28,671 nucleotides of DNA from an uncultured Clostridia bacterium (lineage in GTDB: Bacteria > Bacillota > Clostridia > CALYAR01): NCBI GenBank assembly GCA_944393585.1, contig CALYAR010000095.1, positions 1 through 28,671 of the forward strand. Direction: 5' to 3'. Position 1 is the first letter of the stretch; each line of letters begins with the position of its first letter. Below the pieces are notes generated by a model. That model ran no database searches and was not told where the DNA came from. It saw nothing but the letters and a program-made list of their open reading frames with translations. Shown one piece after another: positions 8,854-17,861 of this stretch. A program made the position numbers and the translations under genes.

Positions 8854-9174
8854 TTAGTCTTCCGCCTGCTCCTTTATCAGCTCGCGTGCTTCCTCCAAAT
8901 GATCGATTTCGACAAACAAATCATTTCCAAATCCGCCTTGATCCGAATAAATGTCAAATGTAATGCCATCCGGCATATATCCCCGAACTGCGCGAATTTG
9001 ACAGGATTCAAACAGCCCAAGCTTTAACTGAAGGTCAAATTCATCCCGGCACGTAGTTAAATAGCGATAGCCAGTTGTCGGAAGCTGTTTCGGTTCCTCA
9101 ATTAATTTACTGCCGCAGTTTGTGCATTTTCTCTGCTTAGTCAAATAGCGATACTTACATTTCGGACACCACAT
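8854..9174 (-). CDS. Zn-ribbon protein whose C-terminal domain looks DUF2007-like
   Basis: 106 aa. CPKC...CTNC zinc ribbon at the N-terminus. The C-terminal part ends ...FVEIDHLEEARELIKE, reminiscent of DUF2007. AAGGAG SD. Its stop codon (8854-8856) directly abuts the rnhA ATG (8853-8851). Confidence 0.6.
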   Translation of the reverse strand: MWCPKCKYRYLTKQRKCTNCGSKLIEEPKQLPTTGYRYLTTCRDEFDLQLKLGLFESCQIRAVRGYMPDGITFDIYSDQGGFGNDLFVEIDHLEEARELIKEQAED

Positions 9175-9183
9175 AAAAGCTCC

Positions 9184-9600
9184 TTAATACATTTTACCAG
9201 ACTTTGGATTAATAATATCACGCCACGCCAAATCACCGCGCTCCAAACCATGAATTAAAACTTCAGCTGTCGCAATATTCGTAGCCAATGGAATATTGTG
9301 AACATCGCACAAACGCAAGAGCGCATTGACGTCCGGTTCATGCGGCTGTGCCGTTAACGGATCGCGGAAAAATAATACCAAATCGATTTCATTGTATGCA
9401 ATTCTGGCCCCAATCTGCTGATCTCCGCCCTGCGGTCCAGATAAGAACCGATGCACATCGAGCCCTGTCGCCTCTACGATTAATCCCCCTGTCGTTCCTG
9501 TTGCGCAAAGATTGTGTTTTGCCAAAATACCTTTATAAGCAATGCAGAACTGAATCATCAGTTCTTTTTTCTTGTCGTGCGCAATTAACGCTATATTCAT
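9184..9600 (-). CDS. mgsA: Methylglyoxal synthase
   Basis: 138 aa. [10 protein letters not shown] and ATGTTGG motifs. GAGGAGGA SD. Confidence 0.92.
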   Translation of the reverse strand: MNIALIAHDKKKELMIQFCIAYKGILAKHNLCATGTTGGLIVEATGLDVHRFLSGPQGGDQQIGARIAYNEIDLVLFFRDPLTAQPHEPDVNALLRLCDVHNIPLATNIATAEVLIHGLERGDLAWRDIINPKSGKMY

Positions 9601-9614
9601 GAAAGTATCCTCCT

Positions 9615-9887
9615 CTACTGCTTCTTTTGTTTAATCGGAATATTGGCAACCAAAGCCGGTACCTTTCGCTTGCCATCTTCACTCACAGTTTGAGTCAACT
9701 GAATGTCAAATTCATTTTGATTGATCTCAATATGCTTGGAAATAACTTCCAAAATCTCACCTTTTAACATTTCCAAAAATTCGGGGGAAACATTTGCACG
9801 ATCATGGATCAGTACAAGCTGGAGCCGTTCTTTCGCTGTATCCTTGGATGCTGTTTTGTTTCTGCGAAATAAGCTGAAAATATCCAT
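9615..9887 (-). CDS. minE: Cell division topological specificity factor MinE
   Basis: 90 aa. [17 protein letters not shown] motif. Lies immediately downstream of minD. Confidence 0.9.
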   Translation of the reverse strand: MDIFSLFRRNKTASKDTAKERLQLVLIHDRANVSPEFLEMLKGEILEVISKHIEINQNEFDIQLTQTVSEDGKRKVPALVANIPIKQKKQ

Positions 9888-9899
9888 CCTTCACTCCCC

Positions 9900-10694
9900 C
9901 TATTTCATACCAAATATTTTTTTCAAAGTTGCTACAAACCCCGCTGACTCTTCCAAATCCATAATAGGAACTTCTTCTCCGGTAATTCTCTTTGCAATGT
10001 TTCGATAAGCCTGTCCCGCTCTGGATTTCATGTCAGAGGCAGCCGGTTCTCCGCGGTTCGTCGAAATAATGATATCTTCATCATCCGGAACAACGCCAAT
10101 GAGTTCAATTCCCAAAATGTCTAAGATATCGTCAATGGTCATCATATCTCCTTTTTTCACCATATCAATGCGAAGACGATTGACCAAAAGCTTTGTGTTG
10201 CCAATTTCATTTGCCTCCAAAAGCCCAATAATACGATCAGCATCCCGCACTGCCGAAACTTCCGGAGTCGTAACCACGATTGCCCGGTCCGCTCCAGCGA
10301 TTGCGTTTTTAAATCCCTGTTCAATTCCAGCGGGACAGTCAATAATGACATAATCAAACTCTTCTTTTAATTCCGCACACAACGCTTTCATCTGCTCCGT
10401 ATTGACCGCATTTTTATCCCGTGTTTGAGCAGCGGGCAGCAAACAAAGGTTCTCAAAACGTTTATCTTTGATGAAGGCCTGTTTGGTTCGGCAGACGCCT
10501 TCTACAACGTCAACAATGTCATATACAATCCGATTTTCCAATCCCAGGACTACATCCAAATTCCGAAGTCCGATATCTGTATCAACCAATGCTACTTTTT
10601 TACCGTTAATCGCCAATGCGGCTCCAATATTAGCTGTAGACGTAGTCTTGCCAACGCCGCCTTTTCCGGACGTTACTACGATTACCTCACCCAT
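9900..10694 (-). CDS. minD: Septum site-determining ATPase MinD
   Basis: 264 aa. Deviant Walker A SGKGGVGKTT and a MinD-type amphipathic C-terminus (LKKIFG). AAGGTGGAGG SD. Confidence 0.95.
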   Translation of the reverse strand: MGEVIVVTSGKGGVGKTTSTANIGAALAINGKKVALVDTDIGLRNLDVVLGLENRIVYDIVDVVEGVCRTKQAFIKDKRFENLCLLPAAQTRDKNAVNTEQMKALCAELKEEFDYVIIDCPAGIEQGFKNAIAGADRAIVVTTPEVSAVRDADRIIGLLEANEIGNTKLLVNRLRIDMVKKGDMMTIDDILDILGIELIGVVPDDEDIIISTNRGEPAASDMKSRAGQAYRNIAKRITGEEVPIMDLEESAGFVATLKKIFGMK

Positions 10695-10812
10695 TCCGAT
10701 ACCTCCACCTTATGTAAATTTAATACTTATCGTCTGTCAAGCCATGATGAATGATGCACTTATACTGCCGTACTGAATTCTCTGAAAGCACGTTTGGGCA
10801 CATCATTAATTT

Positions 10813-10842
10813 ATTATAGCACACTCTTTCTATACGCGTCCA
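10813..10842 (-). promoter_or_regulatory. Possible extended -10 promoter inside the minC-minD spacer
   Basis: The minus strand reads TGGACG, 18 nt, then TGcTATAAT (-10 at 10818-10813), inside an unusually long 156-bp minC-minD gap. Confidence 0.3.
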
Positions 10843-10850
10843 GCACTTTA

Positions 10851-11498
10851 TTACATTTTCCGCGAGGAATAGTCATCGATGTAAATCGTACCGTCCTTTA
10901 TATAAGCAATTTCGGGCTGCGGACTTCGGCGGATTTCGTCTTTATCGGGCGCTCTGGTAATCATATCGGCAATCCGAAGCTGCGGAGGAGCAATGGATAA
11001 AGCAATGACCACTGCCCCGCGGTTTCCGCTCCGGCCCGCGTGAATCGTTCCACGCAAATTTCCCATCACCATAATATCCCCGCCCGCCATGAGCTGAGCA
11101 CCAGGATTGACATCGCCTGCAATAATCAAATTCCCTGCCGTCTCTATCACTTGTCCGCTGCGAACCGTTCCTCGTATAAAGAGAGCGTTTTCCTCTCCTG
11201 TCCCCCCATAACCTTCTATTCTGTCTTTGCCCATTGTCTCTTGACAATCCCCTTCCTTGGAAAAAACTATTTTCGTATCAGCTGGTAAAAGTGCCTCAAT
11301 GGTATATTTCAGCTGTTCCTCCTCCAGCATATTGAGCGAACGGCCGCAGACAATTAGATTTAACGCTGTACCCGCAAAAAAATCTTTGGCTTCCTGAAGC
11401 CTTTCTTTTGTTTCCTGTAAAATATTAGAAAAACTATTTTCTTGAGACAAGCGCAGCTCGACACCATCTTTTACCCCTTTGAGTGAAACGCTGCTCAT
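10851..11498 (-). CDS. minC: Septum site-determining protein MinC
   Basis: The track ORF starts at 11507, but AAGGAGA abuts that ATG. The second ATG at 11498 has 9-nt spacing. The C-terminal beta-helix motif is present: AGDVNPGAQLMAGGDIMVMGNLRGTIHAG. Confidence 0.85.
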   Translation of the reverse strand: MSSVSLKGVKDGVELRLSQENSFSNILQETKERLQEAKDFFAGTALNLIVCGRSLNMLEEEQLKYTIEALLPADTKIVFSKEGDCQETMGKDRIEGYGGTGEENALFIRGTVRSGQVIETAGNLIIAGDVNPGAQLMAGGDIMVMGNLRGTIHAGRSGNRGAVVIALSIAPPQLRIADMITRAPDKDEIRRSPQPEIAYIKDGTIYIDDYSSRKM

Positions 11499-11516
11499 AT
11501 TTTGCATTCTCCTTCT

Positions 11517-13562
11517 TTACGGCAAAAGTTCGCCGGTATTTTCATAATCAGACACTCCCATTTGATTGGAAAAATAGTACTCCATAACTTTTTCGGTCAC
11601 AGGAGCAACCGAGCCGCCGCTGGTTCCATGTTCGATAATCGTAACAACAGCAATTTCCGGATCATCATAAGGTGCAAATGCAGCAAAAATACCTGCATCC
11701 GATCCCTGCGACACTTGAGCGGTTCCCGTTTTTGCCGCTACTTCAACGGGAAAATCACGGAAAATGGAATAAGCTGTTCCTCCCTCCTGGGTTACCGAAA
11801 GCATACCTTCCTTAATTGCATTTTGATTTTCCTCAGAAAGGCCTACCTCACTTCGAACCTTACTTTCCGTTTTGGAAATCAGGCTTCCATCTTCTGCATC
11901 CCGGACGCTTTTTACTAAATGCGGCTCATAGAGAGTACCGCCATTGGCTATTGTAGCAATGTAATTTGTCAGCTGCAGCGGAGTAAAAAGATTTTTTTGT
12001 CCAATGGCAATCTGAAGTGTATCGCCGGGATACCACACTTCTCCTTCTTCCGGTTTTTGCAGTGTTCCCTGCGACTCTTCAAACGACAGTTCAATTCCAG
12101 TCGGCTCGCCCAATCCATATAAGTGGCAGTATTTCAGGATTTCATCGATTCCAGTTAAACGGCCCGCTTCATAAAAGTAATAGTTGCAGGAATATTTCAA
12201 AGCTTCACTTAACGTGATATTGCCGTGAGTCGTACGGTTTCGGCGCCATGCCATGCAGGCCGGCTGATAATCCTTATAGTAGGTATATACACCTTGGTCC
12301 AGTATTCTGGTTTCCGGCGTAACAACGCCATTTGCTAATGCAGCGGATCCCGTAACCATTTTAAAAGTAGAGCCAGGTTCATACGTCCCCATTAGGGCGC
12401 GGTTAAGCAGCGGCCGATCCGGATCTTGCAGCAATTCAGAATAAATTTCTGTAAAACTTTCTAAATTATACGACGGATAAGAAGCCATCGCCAAAACTTC
12501 TCCGGTATTGACGTCGATCACAACCGAAGCTCCCGCATTTGCATCGGCACCTGCCTCTTCTCCATTGGTCTGTGCTTCCATGCGGATGTTTTCTATGGTA
12601 TCCCGAAGTGCCTCCTCTAAAACTTTCTGCATTTCAATATCAATAGTCAATACGACATAATCTCCGGATTCCGGCTCTTCCGTAACCACAGATTCAATAA
12701 TTTCACCGTCTTTGTCTTTTACAATCCTTCTCGTTCCGGATTCACCGCGCAGGCTTTCCTCCATAGCCTTTTCAATGCCTTGCTTTCCAATATAATCATT
12801 GTATTTATACCCAGAGTCTTTGAGTTCTTCATACTCATCTGCATCAATTTTTCCAATTCGGCCTAAAACATGGGAGAGCAGCTCTGGACGCTGATATTCC
12901 CGCACATAATCGTTGACGATTATAACATTCGAGAATGTCTGCTGATTTTCCTTGATTTTGGTCACAATATTCATATCTACATCTTCCGCTATTTCAAATG
13001 GAATCGCTGTCGAGTACTGCTCAACCGTCATTTGATACCGCAATCCGGCCAAAAGGCGCTTTTCTGCATCTGTATAGTCTGAACTGATATTGTATTTTTT
13101 GATATAGCTGTCGATGACATCCTGAGCTGTTGCCCCAGACTTAAAACTATTTTTCTCTTTCCATTCAGTTTCCTGCTGCGAAGCATCTTCTCCTTCAAAA
13201 GTAAAAGCAAAGGGTGCAGTATCCGTAATAGGAAGTGTATCTCCTTCCCAGCTGCAGCCATTCTCCTCAAGAAGAGCCATAAGCTTTAATAAAATATCGT
13301 TTTCCTCTTCATAGCTGTAATCCATTTTCTGAACCGTTATAGTATAGGCAACACGATTTGTCACCAAAGGCCTTCCATAACGGTCATAAATCTCACCGCG
13401 CGGAGCCGGTTCCTCAATTTCAGTAATGTACTGCTTTTCTGATCTTTCAGCAAATTCTTTTCCGTGAATCACCTGCAAATCAAAAAGGCGATAGGTAAAA
13501 ATAAGAGTAACTACTAATGTCAAAGACAATAATACATAACATCTTTTTTTAAATTTGCTCAT
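11517..13562 (-). CDS. mrdA: Class B penicillin-binding protein 2 (elongasome transpeptidase)
   Basis: 681 aa. N-terminal TM anchor. Transpeptidase motifs STFK (SxxK), SCN (SxN) and KTGTA (KTG). Located between mreD and minC. Confidence 0.9.
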   Translation of the reverse strand: MSKFKKRCYVLLSLTLVVTLIFTYRLFDLQVIHGKEFAERSEKQYITEIEEPAPRGEIYDRYGRPLVTNRVAYTITVQKMDYSYEEENDILLKLMALLEENGCSWEGDTLPITDTAPFAFTFEGEDASQQETEWKEKNSFKSGATAQDVIDSYIKKYNISSDYTDAEKRLLAGLRYQMTVEQYSTAIPFEIAEDVDMNIVTKIKENQQTFSNVIIVNDYVREYQRPELLSHVLGRIGKIDADEYEELKDSGYKYNDYIGKQGIEKAMEESLRGESGTRRIVKDKDGEIIESVVTEEPESGDYVVLTIDIEMQKVLEEALRDTIENIRMEAQTNGEEAGADANAGASVVIDVNTGEVLAMASYPSYNLESFTEIYSELLQDPDRPLLNRALMGTYEPGSTFKMVTGSAALANGVVTPETRILDQGVYTYYKDYQPACMAWRRNRTTHGNITLSEALKYSCNYYFYEAGRLTGIDEILKYCHLYGLGEPTGIELSFEESQGTLQKPEEGEVWYPGDTLQIAIGQKNLFTPLQLTNYIATIANGGTLYEPHLVKSVRDAEDGSLISKTESKVRSEVGLSEENQNAIKEGMLSVTQEGGTAYSIFRDFPVEVAAKTGTAQVSQGSDAGIFAAFAPYDDPEIAVVTIIEHGTSGGSVAPVTEKVMEYYFSNQMGVSDYENTGELLP

Positions 13563-13584
13563 GTCTTTTCACCGCCTTCTGATA

Positions 13585-14097
13585 TTATGTTTCCATGGGT
13601 TCCTCAGTGGTTGTCACAGGCTGTTCAATCAGCCATCGGATTATAAAATACCAGGGAACGCATAAGAGCGTCTGATAAATACAAACAGGCAGCACAATCT
13701 CAACAAAAGCTTCTGTAAAAGGTACATATCCAACACTCCGAACCATCATGACATAACCGATTCCTTCCATAACAAAGGTCAAAAGAATGGCAAATAGCAT
13801 AGCAAGCGGAAGCTTAGCCCGATAAAATTTTCCTCCCGCCAATGCAAAAACGAGACAAAATGCCAAAAATGCCAATACACTCACACCCCACGGCAAGCCG
13901 CTGGCTATGTCATTGAGCAAACCGCCTACCGAGACCGCAACAAATCCCGACAATGACATTCCGTTATAAACAGAAAGACAAACAACAAAAGGCAGCAGAA
14001 AATTAGGAGTACAGCCTGCTATACTGATATACCGCGATATACAGCTCTGCAGTAAAAACGCCAAAATCATGAGAAGATAAATCTTTAAATTCCGCAT
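13585..14097 (-). CDS. mreD: Rod shape-determining protein MreD
   Basis: 170 aa polytopic membrane protein in the canonical position after mreC. GGAGGAA SD. Called mainly from context and topology. Confidence 0.75.
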   Translation of the reverse strand: MRNLKIYLLMILAFLLQSCISRYISIAGCTPNFLLPFVVCLSVYNGMSLSGFVAVSVGGLLNDIASGLPWGVSVLAFLAFCLVFALAGGKFYRAKLPLAMLFAILLTFVMEGIGYVMMVRSVGYVPFTEAFVEIVLPVCIYQTLLCVPWYFIIRWLIEQPVTTTEEPMET

Positions 14098-14163
14098 ATA
14101 TTCCTCCTATCCGAATCACTTTCTGTTTCCCATTGCGCTTGTCCCTTTTCCAATACGGTTATG

Positions 14164-14222
14164 AAAATAAAAAGGCGACCCGCATTCCCTTCTATCCTAA
14201 AAAAGAAGCGTTCAGCGGGTCG
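14164..14222 (-). terminator. Terminator-like structured hairpin between mreC and mreD
   Basis: CGACCCGC (14176-14183) pairs with GCGGGTCG (14215-14222). An inner CTTCT/AGAAG helix is possible. On the minus strand it is followed by CCTTTTTATTTT. Confidence 0.45.
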
Positions 14223-14227
14223 GAATT

Positions 14228-15070
14228 TTATGGATTAGCTGCCTGCCCTTTTCGAATGACCAATACTTCCTTGATGTTTGTAAAATCTGCCATTGGCGTC
14301 ACAACGGCATATTTCGACGAGGTAGATGCATCCGTATAAACCGCATCTACTTTTCCTATCAGAAGCCCGCGGGGATAAATGTCGCTCAGCCCGCTTGTCT
14401 GAATTGTATCTCCTACCGACAGAGCCGAATCAATCGGTAAATGAGTCAATTTGCATTTCCCTTCCTGTGAAAGAGAGAAATCTCCTTCCACAATCGCAAC
14501 TTCGTCGATTCGATCGATATACCCTCCAACCGAAGAAGTTGGATCAATTAAAGATACAACTGTTGCCCAGTTGATTCCTACCTTTTCAATATGGCCGACT
14601 AAGCCGCCTGTTACCATTACAACATCATTTTCCGCAATACCGTCAGCGCTCCCTTTGTCAATCGTAAACACTGTAAACCAATTCGTGGATTCCTTGGAAA
14701 TGACATTGGCCCCGACCGTATCATATTCGGCCAGTTCTTCTTTCAGACCCAAAAGCTCTTTCAAACGCTCATTTTCAGCCTGATACTCTTCTATACTTTT
14801 GTACTCTGTCCTCAGCTGATTCAATTCATCCCGGAGCACTTCATTTTCTTTTCGATACTCATTCGCATCTGTCACAAAACTAAAAAATCCTCTTACTCCA
14901 TTGGTGCACATGGAAACTACTTTTTGAATTGGTGACAAAACCGCATTGACCCCATTTTCTAAAATAGTAGCGCTGTCTTTTGACAGCATATAAACTATGA
15001 CAGAAACTACACTGATCACGACAATGCACAACAGTACAATTATATTTTTTCTGTTTTTAAAAAACGACAA
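14228..15070 (-). CDS. mreC: Rod shape-determining protein MreC
   Basis: 280 aa. N-terminal TM, a coiled-coil segment (RKENEVLRDELNQLRTEYKS...), then a beta-rich C-terminal domain. TTG start. Follows mreB. Confidence 0.85.
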   Translation of the reverse strand: MSFFKNRKNIIVLLCIVVISVVSVIVYMLSKDSATILENGVNAVLSPIQKVVSMCTNGVRGFFSFVTDANEYRKENEVLRDELNQLRTEYKSIEEYQAENERLKELLGLKEELAEYDTVGANVISKESTNWFTVFTIDKGSADGIAENDVVMVTGGLVGHIEKVGINWATVVSLIDPTSSVGGYIDRIDEVAIVEGDFSLSQEGKCKLTHLPIDSALSVGDTIQTSGLSDIYPRGLLIGKVDAVYTDASTSSKYAVVTPMADFTNIKEVLVIRKGQAANP

Positions 15071-15091
15071 ATAGATCCACCGCCCAAGCTG

Positions 15092-16099
15092 CTATTTCAA
15101 TAAGACCTTCTTTAAAATGTTCACTTCCTCTAATACTTTACCTGCTCCCATAGCAACACAGTCCAATGGATTCTCAGCAATATTCACCGGAATTCCCGTT
15201 TCAATCTGTGCCAGCTTATCCAAATTACGGATCAGCGCACCGCCTCCCGTCAAGACAATCCCGCGGTCAATGATATCAGCTGACAATTCCGGCGGTGTTT
15301 TTTCCAATGTAAACTTAATTGCATCGATAATGGCCATAACCGGCTCGCTGATTGCCTGGCGGATTTCATGTGAAGTGATGGTTAAATTCTTTGGCAGTCC
15401 GCTGACTAAATCCCGGCCGCGAATTTCCATTTCTGATTCATTTTCGTATTCATATGCGGAGCCAATTGTCATTTTAATTTCTTCTGCCGTCCGTTCCCCA
15501 ATCATTAAATTGTATTCCTTTTTGATATACGCTACAATATAACGATCGATCTCATCTCCCGCTACGCGGACAGAACGGCTAGTAACAATACCGCCCAAAG
15601 AAATTACTGCAACTTCACTGGTGCCGCCGCCAATGTCAACAACCATACTGCCAGTTGGTTCATCGACCGGCAGATTTGCCCCGATCGCAGCAGCCATTGG
15701 CTCCTCAATTAAATATGCCTCGCGTGCACCGGCAGAAAGAACAGCTTCTTCCACCGCTCTCTTTTCCACTTCTGTGACTCCAGAGGGAATACAAATTACA
15801 ACCCGCGGACGGAATAAGCCGCGGCTTGCTCCTGTTTTGGCAATAAACTCTTTGAGCATCATCTGAGTCACATCAAAATCTGCGATGACACCATCCTTCA
15901 TCGGACGGATTGCTACGATATTTCCCGGCGTTCTGCCGATCATTTCTTTTGCTTCCTCGCCGACAGCCAATACCTTATTATCACCTTTGCTGATCGCAAC
16001 GACGGATGGCTCCCGCAAAATGATTCCTTTTCCTTTCACATGAACCAGTGTATTCGCTGTACCCAAATCTATTCCAATATCTTTTGAAAACAATGCCAT
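15092..16099 (-). CDS. mreB: Actin-like rod shape-determining protein MreB
   Basis: The track ORF begins at a TTG at 16117. I prefer ATG 16099 ([17 protein letters not shown]), which has AAGGAGAG 7 nt upstream. Actin-fold phosphate motifs DLGTANT and DIGGGT are present. Confidence 0.95.
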   Translation of the reverse strand: MALFSKDIGIDLGTANTLVHVKGKGIILREPSVVAISKGDNKVLAVGEEAKEMIGRTPGNIVAIRPMKDGVIADFDVTQMMLKEFIAKTGASRGLFRPRVVICIPSGVTEVEKRAVEEAVLSAGAREAYLIEEPMAAAIGANLPVDEPTGSMVVDIGGGTSEVAVISLGGIVTSRSVRVAGDEIDRYIVAYIKKEYNLMIGERTAEEIKMTIGSAYEYENESEMEIRGRDLVSGLPKNLTITSHEIRQAISEPVMAIIDAIKFTLEKTPPELSADIIDRGIVLTGGGALIRNLDKLAQIETGIPVNIAENPLDCVAMGAGKVLEEVNILKKVLLK

Positions 16100-16237
16100 T
16101 TCCTTTCTCTCCTTCAATTCTTAATACTGTCCCAAACATTTCCCGCTGTGTCTCTTTCTCCATCTGATTCATACAGGAACTGTTTTGCTGTCTACCGCAG
16201 ATTTCTAATACTTTTATCTTCTACCATAACGGCAATT

Positions 16238-16843
16238 TCATTCAAAAATACTGCCATCTGTTAAATCTATGCCAAACTCGGTTTCCAAAACATCGTATAA
16301 CAGTTTCATCGGAAGACCGATGACATTATAATAATCTCCCTCCAATCGCTCTACAAAGGATACCGCTTTTCCCTGGATGCCATAAGCACCCGCTTTGTCC
16401 ATCGGTTCCCCCGTCTTGATATATTCTATAATCATCGAATCTGTTAATTCTTTAAACACTACTTTAGTCTTTTGCATTCGACAAACTGCCAAAGTACTGT
16501 CTAAAACACAGATACCGCTGATGACCTCATGGCTGCGTCCCGACAGGCTTCTCAGCATTGCAACCGCTTCCTGCGGATGATTCGGTTTTCCCAATATAAC
16601 AGAATCGAGTGTAACTAACGTATCAGCGGCAACTACTAATGCATTTGAGACTCCTTTTTTTAAATATTGATCCAAAACTGCGCTTCCTTTCAATAGAGCG
16701 AGTTCTTTCACCAATAGTTCCGCTGGAATATTTTTCGGCAGTTTCTCATCCACATCGGAAACGCATATTTCAAATGGAACAGATAGATTTTCCAGCAATT
16801 CTTTCCGCCGGGGCGATGCCGATGCTAAAACTAGCTTTCTCAT
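16238..16843 (-). CDS. maf: Maf-like nucleoside triphosphate pyrophosphatase
   Basis: The internal ATG at 16843 (MRKLVLASASPRRKELL) is preferred over 16864, which would overlap the upstream gene. LASASPRR and AYGIQG motifs are present. Confidence 0.9.
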   Translation of the reverse strand: MRKLVLASASPRRKELLENLSVPFEICVSDVDEKLPKNIPAELLVKELALLKGSAVLDQYLKKGVSNALVVAADTLVTLDSVILGKPNHPQEAVAMLRSLSGRSHEVISGICVLDSTLAVCRMQKTKVVFKELTDSMIIEYIKTGEPMDKAGAYGIQGKAVSFVERLEGDYYNVIGLPMKLLYDVLETEFGIDLTDGSIFE

Positions 16844-16848
16844 ATCTC

Positions 16849-17121
16849 CTATCTCCTGGCCCATTTATATATCAAAAATGCAATAATCATACCAAGGATA
16901 CTGGCAATGTTGATTTTAAACATCAGTCCAAAAGATAACGTTATCACGGACAAATCCAAAACAAACGGCGACGCGGTACTGATTCCAAATGTCTTTCCAT
17001 AAGCCAGCCATCCAAAATATTTTACATTTTCCAGCAAATCGCCGATAAAACTGCCGATTACAATTCCGCACAACAGTACAAGAATTAAAACAAGCCCGTC
17101 CGTTTTTGATCTTCCACTCAC
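16849..17121 (-). CDS. DUF4321-family small membrane protein
   Basis: 90 aa, GTG start with GGAGGA SD. Pattern ...IGSFIGDLL...W..YG..FG......LDL.V.T..FG... matches my recollection of DUF4321 proteins, which commonly precede maf/mreB in Clostridia. Confidence 0.7.
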   Translation of the reverse strand: MSGRSKTDGLVLILVLLCGIVIGSFIGDLLENVKYFGWLAYGKTFGISTASPFVLDLSVITLSFGLMFKINIASILGMIIAFLIYKWARR

Positions 17122-17669
17122 GTTTTATCCTCCAATTCCACCTTTTGAAAAAGGTTCCGGTCGATTAACGGCCAGTTCTGCGGCCATGTCCGCAGCATTT
17201 CCAGTTTCTGCCGAAATAACAAAAAGGCAAATCCGTCAAACAGCCGTTTTCCATTCATCTACCGCAGCACATACCTAAGCGTTGAAAAATGCTTCCGCAG
17301 TGCTCATTCCAATCAGGCCTAGCCTTTTCAAATTTGCCTTGCTGCACTCCTGAAATAAAAGATGCAGTCAACGCATATACACAAGATTAGGCACTGCAGT
17401 GCAGAGCCTCACCGCAAAAACCTCAATTAAGGTAATTGCAGCATCTGGAGCACAATCGCTGCAAATGCCTTCCAAGCAGTCAAAAGCTGCTGATCTTTTT
17501 ATCCGTATGCAGTATGCCCTCTCACTCCATCAGCCAATGTACCAGTTAAATAATGGACAATTGCAGACCAAAGTTGGTACATCGCCTGTTAATCGTCCGC
17601 TTCATATTCATTTTGACGACAGCAACCGACATCCATAATATGAATTTCCTCATTTGTCATTTCTATCAT

Positions 17670-17698
17670 ATTATAACCGTATTTTGTCTTAATTTCAA
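17670..17698 (-). promoter_or_regulatory. Near-consensus sigma-A promoter facing DUF4321-maf-mreB
   Basis: The minus strand reads TTGAAA (17698-17693), exactly 17 nt, TATAAT (17675-17670), in an AT-rich stretch. It lies about 545 nt upstream of the DUF4321 GTG. Confidence 0.45.
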
Positions 17699-17861
17699 TT
17701 ACTTCCCCGCATTTAATTTCGTTAATTCCGATTTTTTATGAGATTCTCCACATACCTTGCTCACTATTCTTGCTGCCGGAAAGCCGAAAGCCTCTTGAAA
17801 AAGCTGCAGACAAGCACTGCAAAGTCACATCAATATAATTTTATCCCATTTTTTTCATATT

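Noticed and set aside
10695-10850. 28-aa minus-strand ORF (MMCPNVLSENSVRQYKCIIHHGLTDDKY) in the minC-minD spacer.
   Set aside because: It has no SD and no recognisable features, and promoter-like elements are a more likely content for this spacer.
17122-17640. First impression that the spacer hides a decayed minus-strand gene with a reading frame broken by only a few stops.
   Set aside because: That impression came from a mis-partitioned run of A residues. A position-by-position recount gives 7, 7 and 9 stops in the three minus frames, which is not unusually open.
17589-17669. 26-aa ORF MIEMTNEEIHIMDVGCCRQNEYEADD as a free-standing gene, or as the tail of a frameshifted about 54-aa gene (GTG at about 17750 with an A-run slip).
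   Set aside because: Its first ATG directly abuts the predicted -10 box, and there is no SD for it. The frameshift scenario needs a poorly spaced SD and is pure conjecture. I kept it only as a possible leader peptide inside finding 1.
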